A stretch of 64,000 bases of DNA from Octopus vulgaris (Eukaryota), in assembly GCA_951406725.2 (NCBI GenBank), contig OX597821.1, positions 87,544,001 to 87,608,000 of the forward strand. Reading direction: 5' to 3'. Both the position numbers and the translations under genes were made by a program. The notes beneath the pieces are model-generated. The model saw nothing but the letters and a program-made list of their open reading frames with translations. It was not told the DNA's origin and did not search any database. This document shows positions 14,011 through 27,585 of the stretch, in pieces (the first letter of the stretch is position 1; the number at the start of each line of letters is the position of its first letter).

Positions 14011-14128
14011 TGCTTACGGCACCTAGGTTTCCCAAGCGGTCACCCATCTAAGTACTGACTAGGCTCGACGTTGCTTAACTTCGGTGATCAGACGAGAACC
14101 GGTGCTTTCAACGTGATATGGCCGTAGA
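14011..14128 (-). rRNA. 5S rRNA copy, probably a retro-pseudogene or SINE head
   Basis: Minus strand TCTACGGCCATATCACGTTGAAAGCACCGGTTCTCGTCTGATCACCGAAGTTAAGCAACGTCGAGCCTAGTCAGTACTTAGATGGGTGACCGCTTGGGAAACCTAGGTGCCGTAAGCA is a typical invertebrate 5S with internal control region and terminal stem TACGGC/GCCGTA. No oligo-T terminator follows. Confidence 0.92.
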
Positions 14129-14808
14129 GAAAAAAAAATCTACTGAAGCAAGGTGCTTCTCGTACCTTACAAATGCCCTTCTGATGTGCCTATGACCAAT
14201 CTGTAAGTATATAGGACATAGTGAGTAAGATTTGTAAGTAAAGTTATATAACTCACCGAAATAACCCAATATGTTATTTATTGTAAATATATTCACCACT
14301 TTATGAGATATTGGCTGCTTTGATAGAAAGAATCGAAAGTTTATATCCAACAGAGTTACACATAAACCGTGTCCTTTCAGTTCACCTGACTGCCTCAGTC
14401 GGACTTGCATTTATCCCACGTGACTGACTGTATAAATTCGTTTGCTATTACAAATATTGCTTTTCCTCCACCGCCTGTGGACTGGAATTGTTAGAGAAGC
14501 AACTATAATTGCTGAGGAAGAGAACTGTAAGACGAAAATACAAACATCTCTTATTCGTAAAGCTGAGACTAAAATATTCCGTTTTATTCCTTCGCATTAG
14601 ATTTATGGTGTAGCCCTATTTATAATGATAATTTATAATTATTTATTAGGAAAAGTCGAGCATTTTCAATGAATAATACTTCGTTTGTAAGAGTTAGACT
14701 GTAATCTATGGAGTTCATATGAATCTTATTGATATATATGTATGTATATATATGCATATATATGTATATACATATGTATGTATATATATATATATATGTA
14801 TATATATG

Positions 14809-14907
<99 letters not shown>

Positions 14908-14989
14908 GTATATGTTTACACATATATATATATGTGTATAATAATGGAAATATGTGTATATACATGTATATATATACACATATATATAC

Positions 14990-15025
<36 letters not shown>

Positions 15026-15729
15026 GCTATATACACATATTTCTATTATATAATTATGTTACACACATATATATATATATATAATAACGTTACATACATA
15101 CAAGCATATATACATTATATATATATATACACATATATATATATATACATATATACCTAAGCATACATATTTACATATGAATAAATAACCGTGTAAATGT
15201 GTTCTCGTAATTATTAACATATAACTTTACCAAGTGGTATCATGACCACACATCGAATTGAATAATAGACTTCCAGACAATCCCATCAACAACAAAATGG
15301 AAGGACAAAAACACAAAACACAAAACACAAAACACAAAACACAAAACATAAAACACAAAACAGTACTCGCAACACTCACACGCGTACCAGACACACACAC
15401 ATACAAACAGTTTCAGCATTGCTTAGGATAATATATACAAAAGTATTGGAAATGGTCAGACAAATGAAAGGCGAAAGATGAAAAATATTATAAAGAACAA
15501 AAGTATTGTGGGAATATATATTTCTCCTTGTCCAATAATCTTTTATTGAATAAACCATGACATTATAGGCCACCAGAGGTTTTTTCACTCTATCCTTACA
15601 CACATACAAACATACTCTTTAATTCTCTCTCGCTGTTTTCTCTCTAAAACTCAAGTGCTCGCACATACCCACCCATTCATACTCGGACGTATACATACGG
15701 GTATATAAATATATGTATATATATATCTC

Positions 15730-15821
<92 letters not shown>

Positions 15822-16092
15822 GTATATATCTATGTATATACATACACACACACATATACATACAAATACGAACACACACATACACACATACACACACAGA
15901 CACGGAAGTGGATGGGCATACGCATATACATATGTCTATGCGCGTCTTAGTGTGTTTGTGTGTATGTATATTTGTAAACACACGCGATTATGGTTAGACT
16001 CGCGCCCTAATACACAATCTCATGTAACTGTAACAGTTATACATGTGTGTGTGTGTGTGTGTGTGTGGCGCGTTTGAGCATGTGTATGCGTC

Positions 16093-16123
<31 letters not shown>

Positions 16124-16204
16124 GTATATATACATACGTATATATATATATATACAAATATATATACATATATATATACATATATATATATACATATATA
16201 TACG

Positions 16205-16250
<46 letters not shown>

Positions 16251-16306
16251 TATATTTACATATACATACATATATATATATATGTATATATATATATACA
16301 TACATA

Positions 16307-16340
<34 letters not shown>

Positions 16341-16380
16341 AGCATATATATATATGCTTACATATATATTCACATATGTT

Positions 16381-16418
<38 letters not shown>

Positions 16419-16674
16419 CCCATACATACATGCATTCATATAATACGTACAATGTCGGTCGACATGAAATTGGAGCTGGCCATTTATTTGTCTAGAACGT
16501 TGGGGTAACGGGGTCACAGAATCCCATGATATTTACTAGTATGGTGAAGTTTTCATTGGTAATCTAAATACCTTATACAAAACGCATTAATGCACTGGCA
16601 GTGGTGTACTCCTATGGGACTAGCGAAACAACCAGGAAAGCTCTCTCTCTACACACACGTACGCACACACAGAG

Positions 16675-16705
<31 letters not shown>

Positions 16706-17181
16706 AGCAAATACGCGCAGTTATTCATGTATGCATACATCCATCCATCCAACTACCCAACTTTCCATACATGTATACACACAGCTGCATACGTACCTTC
16801 TTACACACACACGCACACACACATACACACACACATACACACACATATATATATATACACTTATGTATGCATCTCTCTCTCTCCCTCTCTCTCTCTGTCT
16901 TTGTAAACTTGCATACATACATACATGTATACACACATGTGTATGTAAATATATGTGTATGTATATACAACATCTACATATTTTCGCTTTCTCCGTATCT
17001 AATTGTCAGTCTCTTATATAACTTACCGCTCGTGTGTGTGTGTATAATATATATATACACACATACACATATATATACATACATACGTATATATACATGT
17101 ATATATATATATACATATATGTACACACACATGTATCCATATACACACTCACACATATGTAGATACATACACACACACTTT

Positions 17182-17232
<51 letters not shown>

Positions 17233-17929
17233 GTGCACGTGTGTATATATGCCTGTATGTGTGCATGCGTCTGTTTGTTAACATCATTGTTAATAGCAAT
17301 AAAATAACATTGTCAATATCAATCAATATTAAATAAGGGTGATGACTTGATCGCAACAATAGGGCATGCTGTACTCTACTGACTTACATATTATTCTTTC
17401 CTCAACGATATGCAACCGGGATCAACCTTTTATCTTTCGTTGTGTGGAATCCACATTCAATCCACTGGTATAATTCAGCATTTGTCTGGGGCGTTCCACG
17501 AACCAATAATAGGGAAAGAGGAAGGGAGGGCAACTGGGAGAGAGAGAAAGAGAGAGGGGGACAAAGTGATTTAGAGAATGAGTAGAGAGAGAGGGAACTT
17601 AAATGATTCGATTGTCAGGAGAGTACTTTGTTGTTCTTTTTAAATGGACTGATCCAAGTAATATCCACTTTTCAAAGGCTTTAAACAGCATCAGTGTGAA
17701 CATTCAATAGCCTTTATCCAGTGGGCTTCAGATTTAGGTTACATGCCTCATAATCAGGCGGATCGAAAATATACAAAAGTAAATAGTATATATTATATTT
17801 GTGGTTGTTATTTAGCCAAAGGTATTTTTTCGTGAAGCAGGCCTATGCTCAATTGCTTTCCAGCTGTGACAGCCCTACTTTTTGTATTAAAAACAGGGTA
17901 TCTAAATTGGTACCCCGTTGCTCACGACA

Positions 17930-18240
17930 ACGAGAGTCCCACTGGATCCGATCAACGGAAGGGCCAGCTCGTGAAACTAACATGCAAGTGGCTGAAAACT
18001 CCATAGACAAGCGTATGTACCTTTAATGTACCCTTAATGCAATTCTCAGGGAGATGCAGCGTGACGCAGAATGTGACAGGGCTGGCCCTTTGAAATACTG
18101 GTACAACTCATTTTTGCCAGTTGAAGCGATAGGAGTAGCGTGAAATAAAATGTCTTGCTCAAGGACACAACGCACTGCCCGGAATCGAACACAGGATCGG
18201 GAGCCTAATATCCTAATCATTATCCACCTGCCTTCACGGA
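17930..18240 (-). mobile_element. SINE family E (second head/core with family B tail)
   Basis: Core ttgtgtccttgagcaagacattttatttcacg...ctggcaaaaatgagt followed by a B-type tail. Related copies at ~20086-20395 (-) and ~48315-48597 (+). Confidence 0.75.
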
Positions 18241-18273
18241 CAGATCACCTAGGACAATATTATCAAACTTGGG

Positions 18274-18860
18274 GGCGGCGGGCAGGGAGAAACGTTAGCA
18301 CGCCGGGCGGAATGCGTAGCCGTATTTCGTCTGCCGCTACGTTCTGAGTTCAAATTCCGCCGAGGTCAACTTTGCCTTTCATCCTTTCGGGGTTGATAAG
18401 TTAAGTGCCAGTTACGCACTGGGGTCGATGTAATCGACTTAATACCTATGTCTGTCCTTGTTTGTCCCCTCTGTGTTTAGCCCCTTGTGGGTAGTAAAGA
18501 AATAGGTATTTCGTCGGCCGCTACGTTCTGAGTTCAAATTCGCCAAGGTCGACTTTGCCTTTCATCCTTTCGGGGTCGATTAAATTAGTACCAGTTATGT
18601 ACTGGGGTCGATGTAATCGACTTAATCCGTTTGTTTGTCCTTGTTTGCCCCCCCCCCCTGTGTTTAGCCCCTTGTGGGTAGTAAAGAAATAGGTATTTCG
18701 TCCATCTTTACCTTCTGAGTTCAAATTCCGTCGAGGTCGACTTTGTCTTTCATCCTTTCGGAGTCGATAAATTAATTACCAGTTGCGTACCGCGGTCGAT
18801 CTAATCGACTGGCCCCCGCTCCCCAAAAATTTCGTGCCTTGTACCTAGAATAGAAAAGAA
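18274..18860 (+). mobile_element. SINE family C, head-to-tail trimer
   Basis: Three consecutive units, each containing ttctgagttcaaatt...gtc(g/a)actttg(c/t)ctttcatcctttcgg; the third unit has a different 3' end. Confidence 0.9.
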
Positions 18861-19070
18861 TAGTATCTTACATGTCTTTGATATTCTAAGATAATGCTTC
18901 GTGACTCGTGGCGAGTTGAACCTTCATACTAAGAGTCTCTTGCTTCACTCCAATTATGTATGTTTGTGTTGTCGTTTGGCTTGCGAGCGGCTCTAATCGA
19001 TTAGGCCTACAACACGGAGACAATCAAAGAGTTAGATGCCATAATAATATGTAATATATATGAAGATAAA

Positions 19071-19481
19071 GGCGCAGGAGTAGCTGTGTGGTAAGTAGCT
19101 TGCTAACCAACCACATGGTTCTGGGTTCAGTCCCACTGCGTGGCATCTAGGGCAAGTGCCTTCTGCTATAGCCCCGGGCCGACCAAAGCCTTGTGAGTGG
19201 ATTTGGTAGACGGAAACTGAAAGAAGCCTGTCGTATATATGTATATATATATATGTATGTTTGTGTATATGTTTGTGTGTCTGTGTTTGTCCCTCTAGCA
19301 TTGCTTGACAACCGATGCTGGTGTGTTTACGTTCCCGTCACTTAGCGATACGGCAAAAGAGACCGATAGAATAAGTACTGGGCTTACAAAGAATAAGTCC
19401 CGGGGTCGATTTGCTCGACTAAAGGCGGTGCTCCAGCATGGCCGCAGTCAAATGACTGAAACAAGAAAAGAGTAAAAGAGT
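19071..19481 (+). mobile_element. SINE family A, full length
   Basis: ggcgcaggagtagctgtgtggtaag head, internal TA/TG microsatellite, (gtaaaaga)n tail. Confidence 0.95.
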
Positions 19482-20559
19482 ATAACAACCATTGATCTGT
19501 GTCCGGGATATGTTTACGATCCCACCTAATGTTTCAATTCACTTACGCCTCTAACGTCTCATAACAAAGGCATGGAATGTTTACATACAGCTGACGGATC
19601 ACTGGTTCGCATTGTGTCGCTGGCACATACGGTATGTCCGTGATTAATGGCTTCAGTACCTAAACAAATGGGTCGGGCTTTCTTTAAGGCTGGGGGTAGG
19701 ACACGCATGCTGTATGCTCTGTTATAATGAATGATTTGTTAGTCTACTGTACCGGCCAAAGGTAGCGTTTATGGTTGCGGATGCATCAATTGCTTAACTA
19801 TAGAAACTCTTAAGCTGAAGCACAGGGTTCAAATCCTCTCTCGGGCAGTGAAAAGTACACTTTGTCAAATATACATTCTATCCCACGGCAGACATATCCA
19901 GGCAAATACGCATATAAAATATTCACACACCGATACACAGTCAAACCAACACGCACATACAACATGCACTCTCAAAATATTTAGATGCACATACACGTAC
20001 ATATCTATATAGTCTCACGTTGACACATGCACACATAGTCACACATGATTACACACACACATACATGCACACACACACATAGACATCGGCACTCCGTCGG
20101 TTACGACGACGATGAAGGTTTGTTCTATTTGATCCGATCAACAGAATGTCCTTCTCGTCAAATTAACGTGCAAGTGGCTGAGCACTCCACAAACACACAT
20201 ACCCATAACGTAATTCTCAGGCACAATATCAGGTACATCGCATTTATTGAATTACAATTACAACTCATTTTTTGACTACGGGGTGGACTGGAGCAACGTG
20301 AAATAGAGTGTCTTGCTCAAAGACAAAACGCACCGCCGAAAATCGAACTCATGACCTTACGATCATGAACTGAACACTCTAACCACTAAACCACGCTCTC
20401 TCTTCATTTTTTTGTTAATCACTCATTCACATTTAATTGTATATATTTTAATTGTTTGTTTATTCATACATTTCGTCTCATTCGATACCCTGACCCCAAC
20501 GTTTGTTTTATCTGTCCCCGTATTGTCTCCTCTTTTTCTCAACCTTATGGTGAATAAAG

Positions 20560-20633
<74 letters not shown>

Positions 20634-21467
20634 TAATTTCAACGAACAATTAGCACAGTTGTCCAATCAATCGAGCTATCAACTCATGGAATTCTAACAA
20701 AAGTGGATGAGTATACTGTAAACACACAAACTTTCTCAGTGTAAATCTCAGACATTCAGCATTACACAGCATTGCACATAACAAAGCAGGACCCATTTAA
20801 TTACAGACAGAGGCCAACCGATTAGCTTCTGCACACTTCTTGCTTACCTAATCTCACTCACGCTACTTTGGCTGACCGTAGGATGGTGGTAGACTAAATC
20901 TCCCGCCTGATTTAACATTGCCATATCATTCTGGATGCTTTTAACGGAGTCCATTCTGTTTTAAGCTTCCGGGCCAGGTTTTCGATATGCTAGTTTTAGC
21001 GGGTCTGAAATAAGGCAGAGGTTCTGCTTTTCCTCCGTTGATTAAGTTATTAAAAGAAAATTCTAATATAGACACAAAGCCTGAATTTTTTATCTGCTGT
21101 AATTTATATCGGTTCTGGTATTGGACCGGTACATGCTTTTGTCACCCTCGAAAGAATAAAAAACAGAGTTAGCCACGGCTGAATTTGAAATCAGAACTTA
21201 GAGTGCTAGAACAAAAGCCATCAGGTATTTTTCTCGACACCCTACCGATTCTACTAATCAACTACCAATTGTAAAATACGTTCATGCACAGGTGCAGTCA
21301 TGATTTTGTGGCTAAGAAGCTCGCTTTGCAGTCACGTTATTTTAAGGTTCAGTCCCATTGCATGGTACCTTGGCCAAGTGTCTTCTGCAATAGCATCGAG
21401 CCTTGTGCGTGAATTTGGTACCCAGAAACTTTGTGGAAGTCCATCGTATGTATATATATATATATGG

Positions 21468-21653
21468 CATTCCTTCGATTTGATTCGACGAGACCAAAAC
21501 AAAACTTCGGTTGTTTCCGTGACAACTCGACACACAGACAAGAACAAGCACGCACACAGCCCATTAGCTTTCTTCTCTTACTCCCATTTTAGCAGCTGTC
21601 ACGGAAACATCCGAGGTTTTGTTTTGGTCTCGTCGAGTCAAATCGAAGGAATG
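21468..21653. mobile_element. Fold-back element with ~55-bp inverted arms
   Basis: cattccttcgatttgattcgacgagaccaaaacaaaacttcggttgtttccgtgaca pairs with tgtcacggaaacatccgaggttttgttttggtctcgtcgagtcaaatcgaaggaatg. It lies between (TA)n and (CA)n, downstream of a family A 5' half at ~21290-21450. Confidence 0.85.
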
Positions 21654-21733
<80 letters not shown>

Positions 21734-21734
21734 C

Positions 21735-22030
21735 AAGTAAAGGGTAAAAATCCCCTTCGGTTATGAATGACGATAAGATTGCACCCAGAAAGTTCCCTTC
21801 CGAGGCACAAGTCTGAGCAAGGCTGTTTATGGAAGACCAGCAGTCGCCCATGCATACCAACCTCCCCTCTACTCGACACCAATGTCCTCTAAGGGAAAGG
21901 CAAAGGCCAATACAATTTTGGCACCAGTGACATCGCAACTCATTTCTACAGCTGAGTGTATTGGAGCGACATGAATCGAACTCACTGCCTCATGATTGTG
22001 AACCCAACGCTTTAACCACTGGGCCATATA
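21735..22030 (-). mobile_element. SINE family D (tRNA-like head, E-type core, distinct tail)
   Basis: Minus strand head atggcccagtggttaaagcg...gagttcgattc and core cactcagctgtagaaatgagttgc. Confidence 0.65.
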
Positions 22031-22074
22031 CCCTCGTACATATGCATGTTTGTGTGTGTATGTGTATACATGTA

Positions 22075-22260
22075 GTTTAAATTTATAGAAAAACAAAAGA
22101 TGAAGACAAGTGTATGAAAACAAGCAAGTGTATTAGTCTGATGCTAGGGAAAATGAAAAATTCTTTTACGTTTCGAGTTTACGTCCTTCAACAGAAAAGA
22201 ATAAGAGAAAATATACAGAGAGACAATAAAAAAAATTGTAGAGTTCAGTAGCCGAGCATG
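22075..22260 (-). mobile_element. PLE terminal fragment with a hammerhead-like motif (22162-22200)
   Basis: Homologous to 9255-9390 and 63340-63512. Minus strand tctttt-CTGTTGA-a-ggacgtaaactc-GAAA-cg-TA-aaaga. Confidence 0.6.
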
Positions 22261-22291
22261 GCAAATGCTTATCATACAGCCACGCCTATAT

Positions 22292-22535
22292 ACGCGGTTT
22301 CGATTCCCAGACCGCGCTTTGTGAGTGTTTATTGAGCGAAAACACCTAAAGCTCCACGAGGCTCCGGCAAGGGGTGGTGGCGATCCCTGCTGTACTCTTT
22401 CACCACAACTTTCTCTCACTCTTTCTTTTGTTGGCCTGCTCGCTTAGCCAGCGGGGTGGCATCATTTGAAGGCTAAAGCAATGCGAAGCGCATTGTGATC
22501 AGCGGTGTGTAGCAACATCTGATAGCCTGGTCGGC
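22292..22535 (+). mobile_element. SINE family B', 5'-truncated
   Basis: cgcggtttcgattcccagacc... body of family B followed by the alternative tail. Confidence 0.85.
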
Positions 22536-22544
22536 TATATATAG

Positions 22545-22990
22545 GGGTGGATGTGTTATAAGCAGTTTGCTTCGCAATCACACAATTACGGAACCAGTCC
22601 CACTGCGTAGCACCTTAGGCAAGTGTCCTCTACTATAGTCTCTGGACGACTAAAGACTTGTGAGTGGATTAGGTAAACGGAAACTGAAAGAAGCTTATTC
22701 TATATAAACGCACATATGCATATACATATACACACAGATAGATAAATAGATATGAAAGTATGTGTGTGTATTTATGTGTGTGTGTTTGTCCTCCACGACT
22801 ACATGACATGCGGTGTTGGTTTGTTTATATCCCCGTAACATAGCAGCTCAGGAAAAGTGGCCGATAGAATAAAGATCAGGCTTGAAAATAGATAATTAAT
22901 GGGATTGATGATTCGTTCGACTAAAATTCTTTATAGCGATGCCCCAGCATGGCCTCCGTCTCATGACTGAAACAATTAAAAGATGAAAGA
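22545..22990 (+). mobile_element. Old SINE family A copy
   Basis: Diverged match across head, microsatellite and tail. Confidence 0.7.
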
Positions 22991-24477
22991 CAAAATATGC
23001 GTCTTTCAGCCCTGCAACGCAATCTAATGAAACATTAAGACTGTCCTTCTACTTTCCAGGCATTAACTGACTCTGAAGTTGTTCTGATTGATAAATTAAT
23101 GATGAGAGCAACTGAATAACGGAACACACCGCTGGTGATGAGATACAAACAGCTGACTCCTTGACCAGAATAAGGAAACACACTATCAGCATGACCAGCT
23201 TTCATTGTTGTTGATTATATTCAAGGCTAGTTAATAAGAGATGGAGGAATGCCCCGTTCAATGCTGTTTAATACATTGTTCGCTATATGCTTTGTTACTC
23301 TTACGAGAGGTGAATTACAAGTTGATGAGATCTGAGTTTAGAACATTGAAGCACGTGAAACAGATACATCAAAGCATTCATGTTAGTTCTCTACTTCTGT
23401 GTCAACCACATTCTACACCTTATTTTGTGCAACAGAAGCGCATCCATTTAAATGCACAGGCAATACACACAAACACACACACACACACACAAACACGAGA
23501 AAATTCGTATGCATGCAGGGTAGGGAGTATATATATGTGTGTTTAAGCGTAAGAATGTGTGTATATGTGTGTTTTTTGTATCGTACAGTAAGTGTGAATG
23601 CATAATGAGTACAAACAATTTGATCAAGAGAAAACTATAAAAGAAACCCGTGTGATTACACAACCTGTTAGAAATAGCAGTCAAAATGTCTCTCAGATCA
23701 CGTGTATGTACGGAAAGAGTCGCACATCTTGGAGAAATAGCTATCATGTTTCCCTAGCAGATAGACAGATGTAGTTCCCTTCAGAAGTTTCATGAAGCAG
23801 GATCATGCAACCAAATTCAACAAACTACTTCGTCAAGGAGAGTAGCTGTCGGGCCTTAAACCCTCAATGGATTATACTGTGTTATTCCTAGCCTCATAGG
23901 ACTGGATAAATGTAAACAGGAGCGATTTCGTGAGCCAGAAAAGCTGCTTTCAGCAAACGTTGTGTGATGCTCACAGGACGATGAAAGCTTACGTAAACCC
24001 TGGCCAACCAGATTTACGTCCGACCGTTTCGATACCACCTTGCTCCTGGATCAGGACAGGTTTCAGCGAAGAAAGTAAATTTGACTCTGCATCCTTTCCC
24101 CACAATTTAAATTCAGTTACTTTACAGAGTAGATTTATATGTCATCTTTGTTAAAGCTACCAAATCTAGAGTTAAGTACTAGGCTTAGGATACGGTTGTT
24201 TCACTGAAATATATATTGCTCATAAGCACACATTAATACGCCTACGCGTACACTTCCTCACACACGCACACACACACACACAAAACGCCAAAGTAAATTT
24301 CAGTAACTTGACATTTATGTATACATGTATGCATATACGTATGTATACGTATGCATATATGTATGTTTATGTATGTGTGTGTGTATGTGCATGTATGCAT
24401 ACATATGCTAATTTGCGTTAACGTAGATAATTAGACACACACACATGTATATACATTTATATTTCACATACTCATAT

Positions 24478-24518
<41 letters not shown>

Positions 24519-24651
24519 TATGATAGCATGCATACATATACTCAGATATGCCTGTTGGGAATTTATACATAGGTAGTACATACATTCAAATCTACTTACA
24601 CGCATAAAAACATCCGCATACTCTTACCAATCAACATACATGTATATATGT

Positions 24652-24699
<48 letters not shown>

Positions 24700-24709
24700 G
24701 TCTATATAC

Positions 24710-24796
<87 letters not shown>

Positions 24797-25316
24797 CATA
24801 TACACACATTCATGCATATCTATATGCATACCAACTAATATTCAGCTAGCAAATGAGTTATAAATATGGGCTGAAAACGAATGATATCTGCATCAAAAGA
24901 CTGCTTAACGTATTGTAATTCAATTAAGATGTTAATTAAACCCAACAACCGATGACTATATCCGGACAATTTAAAACTAGTCTTTACTGTGTTCTTATTA
25001 CTCGCAGACAAAGAAATAATACGCAGAAATGGTACGTCGTACCAGAATGGAATATGACGGAGAGCAGAAACCTAGGATTAGTAAACCGATGCACCAATTA
25101 GCACCAACAATATTTCCTCAGAGTTCTCACAAATGAGTCTATTCCCCAATGATGGAATAATGAGCCAAATTCTTATGAATATTCATGTAATAAGGAATGC
25201 ATTGTTATCGCATGTGATTACAGTTCCAAACCAAACCACGTGTACATTTATTCATGCACATACATACATACTCACATACATACATACATACATACATACA
25301 TACATACATACATACA

Positions 25317-25349
<33 letters not shown>

Positions 25350-25592
25350 TATGGATTAGGATAATATGAACGGTTCTAAGTAATGTATAATTTCGGAACA
25401 CTTTAGTATATTTCCTATTATGTATTCTTTCCTCACACTAGTGACATTGTTAATTCAATAGAAACCTACTTATGTCCGAAAACCCGATATACGCGATCGT
25501 ACATGTATACATGCATACACATATAATTGTATGAAATATATATATATATATACATATACATACATTCTCACATTCACACATGATCATGCATA

Positions 25593-25631
<39 letters not shown>

Positions 25632-25864
25632 TCATACAAACACCAACTGAATGTCATTTAGTGGTAGTTCTTTCTCTCTCTATCCTCACACATCCTCGGT
25701 ATCTATATTTGTATGTGTGTGTGTATGTGTATGTGTGTGTGTGCGTGTTCGATCAATTCTTTGCGAGTAGATTTGGTAAATTGGAACTATGTGGAAGCCC
25801 GTGGTATATATAGATACATACAGCCATATTTATCTTTACATACGTATATATGTATGTATATGAA

Positions 25865-26110
25865 TATGGTAACTTAGTGCACCCTGTTGCATGGTCGGGT
25901 CGTCATCGACTAAACCAGCAACCCCACCAAGCTTTGTTAGGGCATCCTTCTAGGAGAAGGTAACTAAGGTAACTGGGATAACTCCGATATAAAAACTGCT
26001 GCTCAGTGGTTACCGATGATGTTGACTTGTTCTTTTTTTCGGATTATGGCTGCTGTTGCTTAGTGAGTGGGATTGACTCAGTGCACAGCCTTTCCTCACT
26101 TTAAAAAAAT
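25865..26110 (+). mobile_element. Possible RTE-type LINE 5' UTR fragment
   Basis: gggcatccttctaggagaagg...aactccgatataaaaac resembles the motif I recall from RTE 5' UTRs; not verified by search. Confidence 0.35.
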
Positions 26111-26173
26111 CTTCTTGCACAGGCATTGTACTATAACAACATTGATTAAGCTTCGTGCAATAACGAGGGGGCA

Positions 26174-26235
<62 letters not shown>

Positions 26236-26375
26236 TACGGAGATGTACTCGCATAGCAAGTAATTTGATCTGAGATCGTGTGCTGAAACGAAAACAATTG
26301 CAGCGTGGAAGGTGTTTATAAGCCATTTAAGAAACACACAAAAGCCGTTCGATTCACTTCAACATTTAAGTTTAA

Positions 26376-26425
26376 TTTGTCAAAATATTTTCGTCGCTAA
26401 AATCCGCGACCTGTTCACTGACAAA
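26376..26425 (-). ncRNA. Minimal type-I hammerhead-like motif with a G3-C8 swapped core, within a probable PLE terminus (~26235-26445)
   Basis: Minus strand tttgtca-GTGAACA-g-gtcgc(ggatttta)gcgac-GAAA-atat-TT-tgacaaa: perfect 7-bp stem I, perfect 5-bp stem II, palindromic stem III (AATATT). Confidence 0.7.
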
Positions 26426-27486
26426 GTCCGTGCTGCATCTAAGAAAGTAACAGTTAGTTCGTCATATATATGTACGTATGTATGTGTGTATGTATGCATA
26501 CATGTGTGTATGTATGTACGTATTCATGTACGCACATACGCCTGTGTATGTATGTATGTATGTATGTATGTATGTATGTATGTATGTATGTATGTATGTA
26601 TGTATGTATGTATGTGTGTGTATATGCACGCACATACACTCTATAAAACATAAAGCTATAAACCTGTAGCGATGGATGGATGTAGAGTGACCACTCATCA
26701 CAAAGCTATCAAATTTCAACTTCTTACGGCCGAAGCTAGAAAGTGATTTATGACGCTTACTCCCAAAACTATACCCTAAAATCTATTATCAGATTTTTAT
26801 CTCTATATCACAGAACTATTGTTTTACTATTGTGCGTATGTATGTATGTATGTGCGTATGTATGTATGTATGTATGTATGTATGTATGTATGTATGTATG
26901 TATGTATGTATGTATGTATGTATGTATGTATGTATGTATGTGTGTATGTACATACGTACGCATGTGCGTATGTATGTATACGCGCTAGTGTGCATGTGCC
27001 CATGTATGTGTGTGCGTACATGTACGTGCGTATGTACGTGTGTATGCCCATACGTAGGTATGTATGTATGTTTGTATTCATGTGCTACGTATGTATGTGA
27101 GTGTCTAGGAGAATGGGCAGATGTGTCTGTGAGAGTGTGTACATGTGTATGTGTATGTGAACGTATGTCCGTGTACTGACATGTGTCCGTCCAAGTTGTG
27201 TACATGACTGTTACTTTGCTGAAGGTTGTATACATATTTACATATATGTTTGTATAGACGCACACACACATATATATATGTGTGTGGGTGTGTGTTTGTT
27301 CCTCTCATCATCGTCTAACCGTGAATGGATACAACGCCTAGGTGCAACTGTTCGTATCAAACAACGTCTGCTCATACCGTTGTATATAACTGCACATACG
27401 CGTTGCAACCCGTATGTAAGGACTACAGGTAAAAGGGAGAGAGAGAGAGGGGTGGTTATAGAATAGTCCTTTTGAATGGGATCTGT

Positions 27487-27518
<32 letters not shown>

Positions 27519-27522
27519 ATAT

Positions 27523-27583
<61 letters not shown>

Positions 27584-27585
<2 letters not shown>

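Noticed and set aside
14177-14325. Two micro-exon-like segments on the minus strand with AG/GT signals (one could read LVIGTSEGH)
   Set aside because: Joining them in the only open frame gives an immediate stop; unsupported without transcript data.
19780-19850. tRNA-Lys-like remnant (actcttaa...gggttcaaatcc...cgggca)
   Set aside because: Only a B-box/anticodon-like part remains and no cloverleaf can be formed; at most a decayed SINE head.
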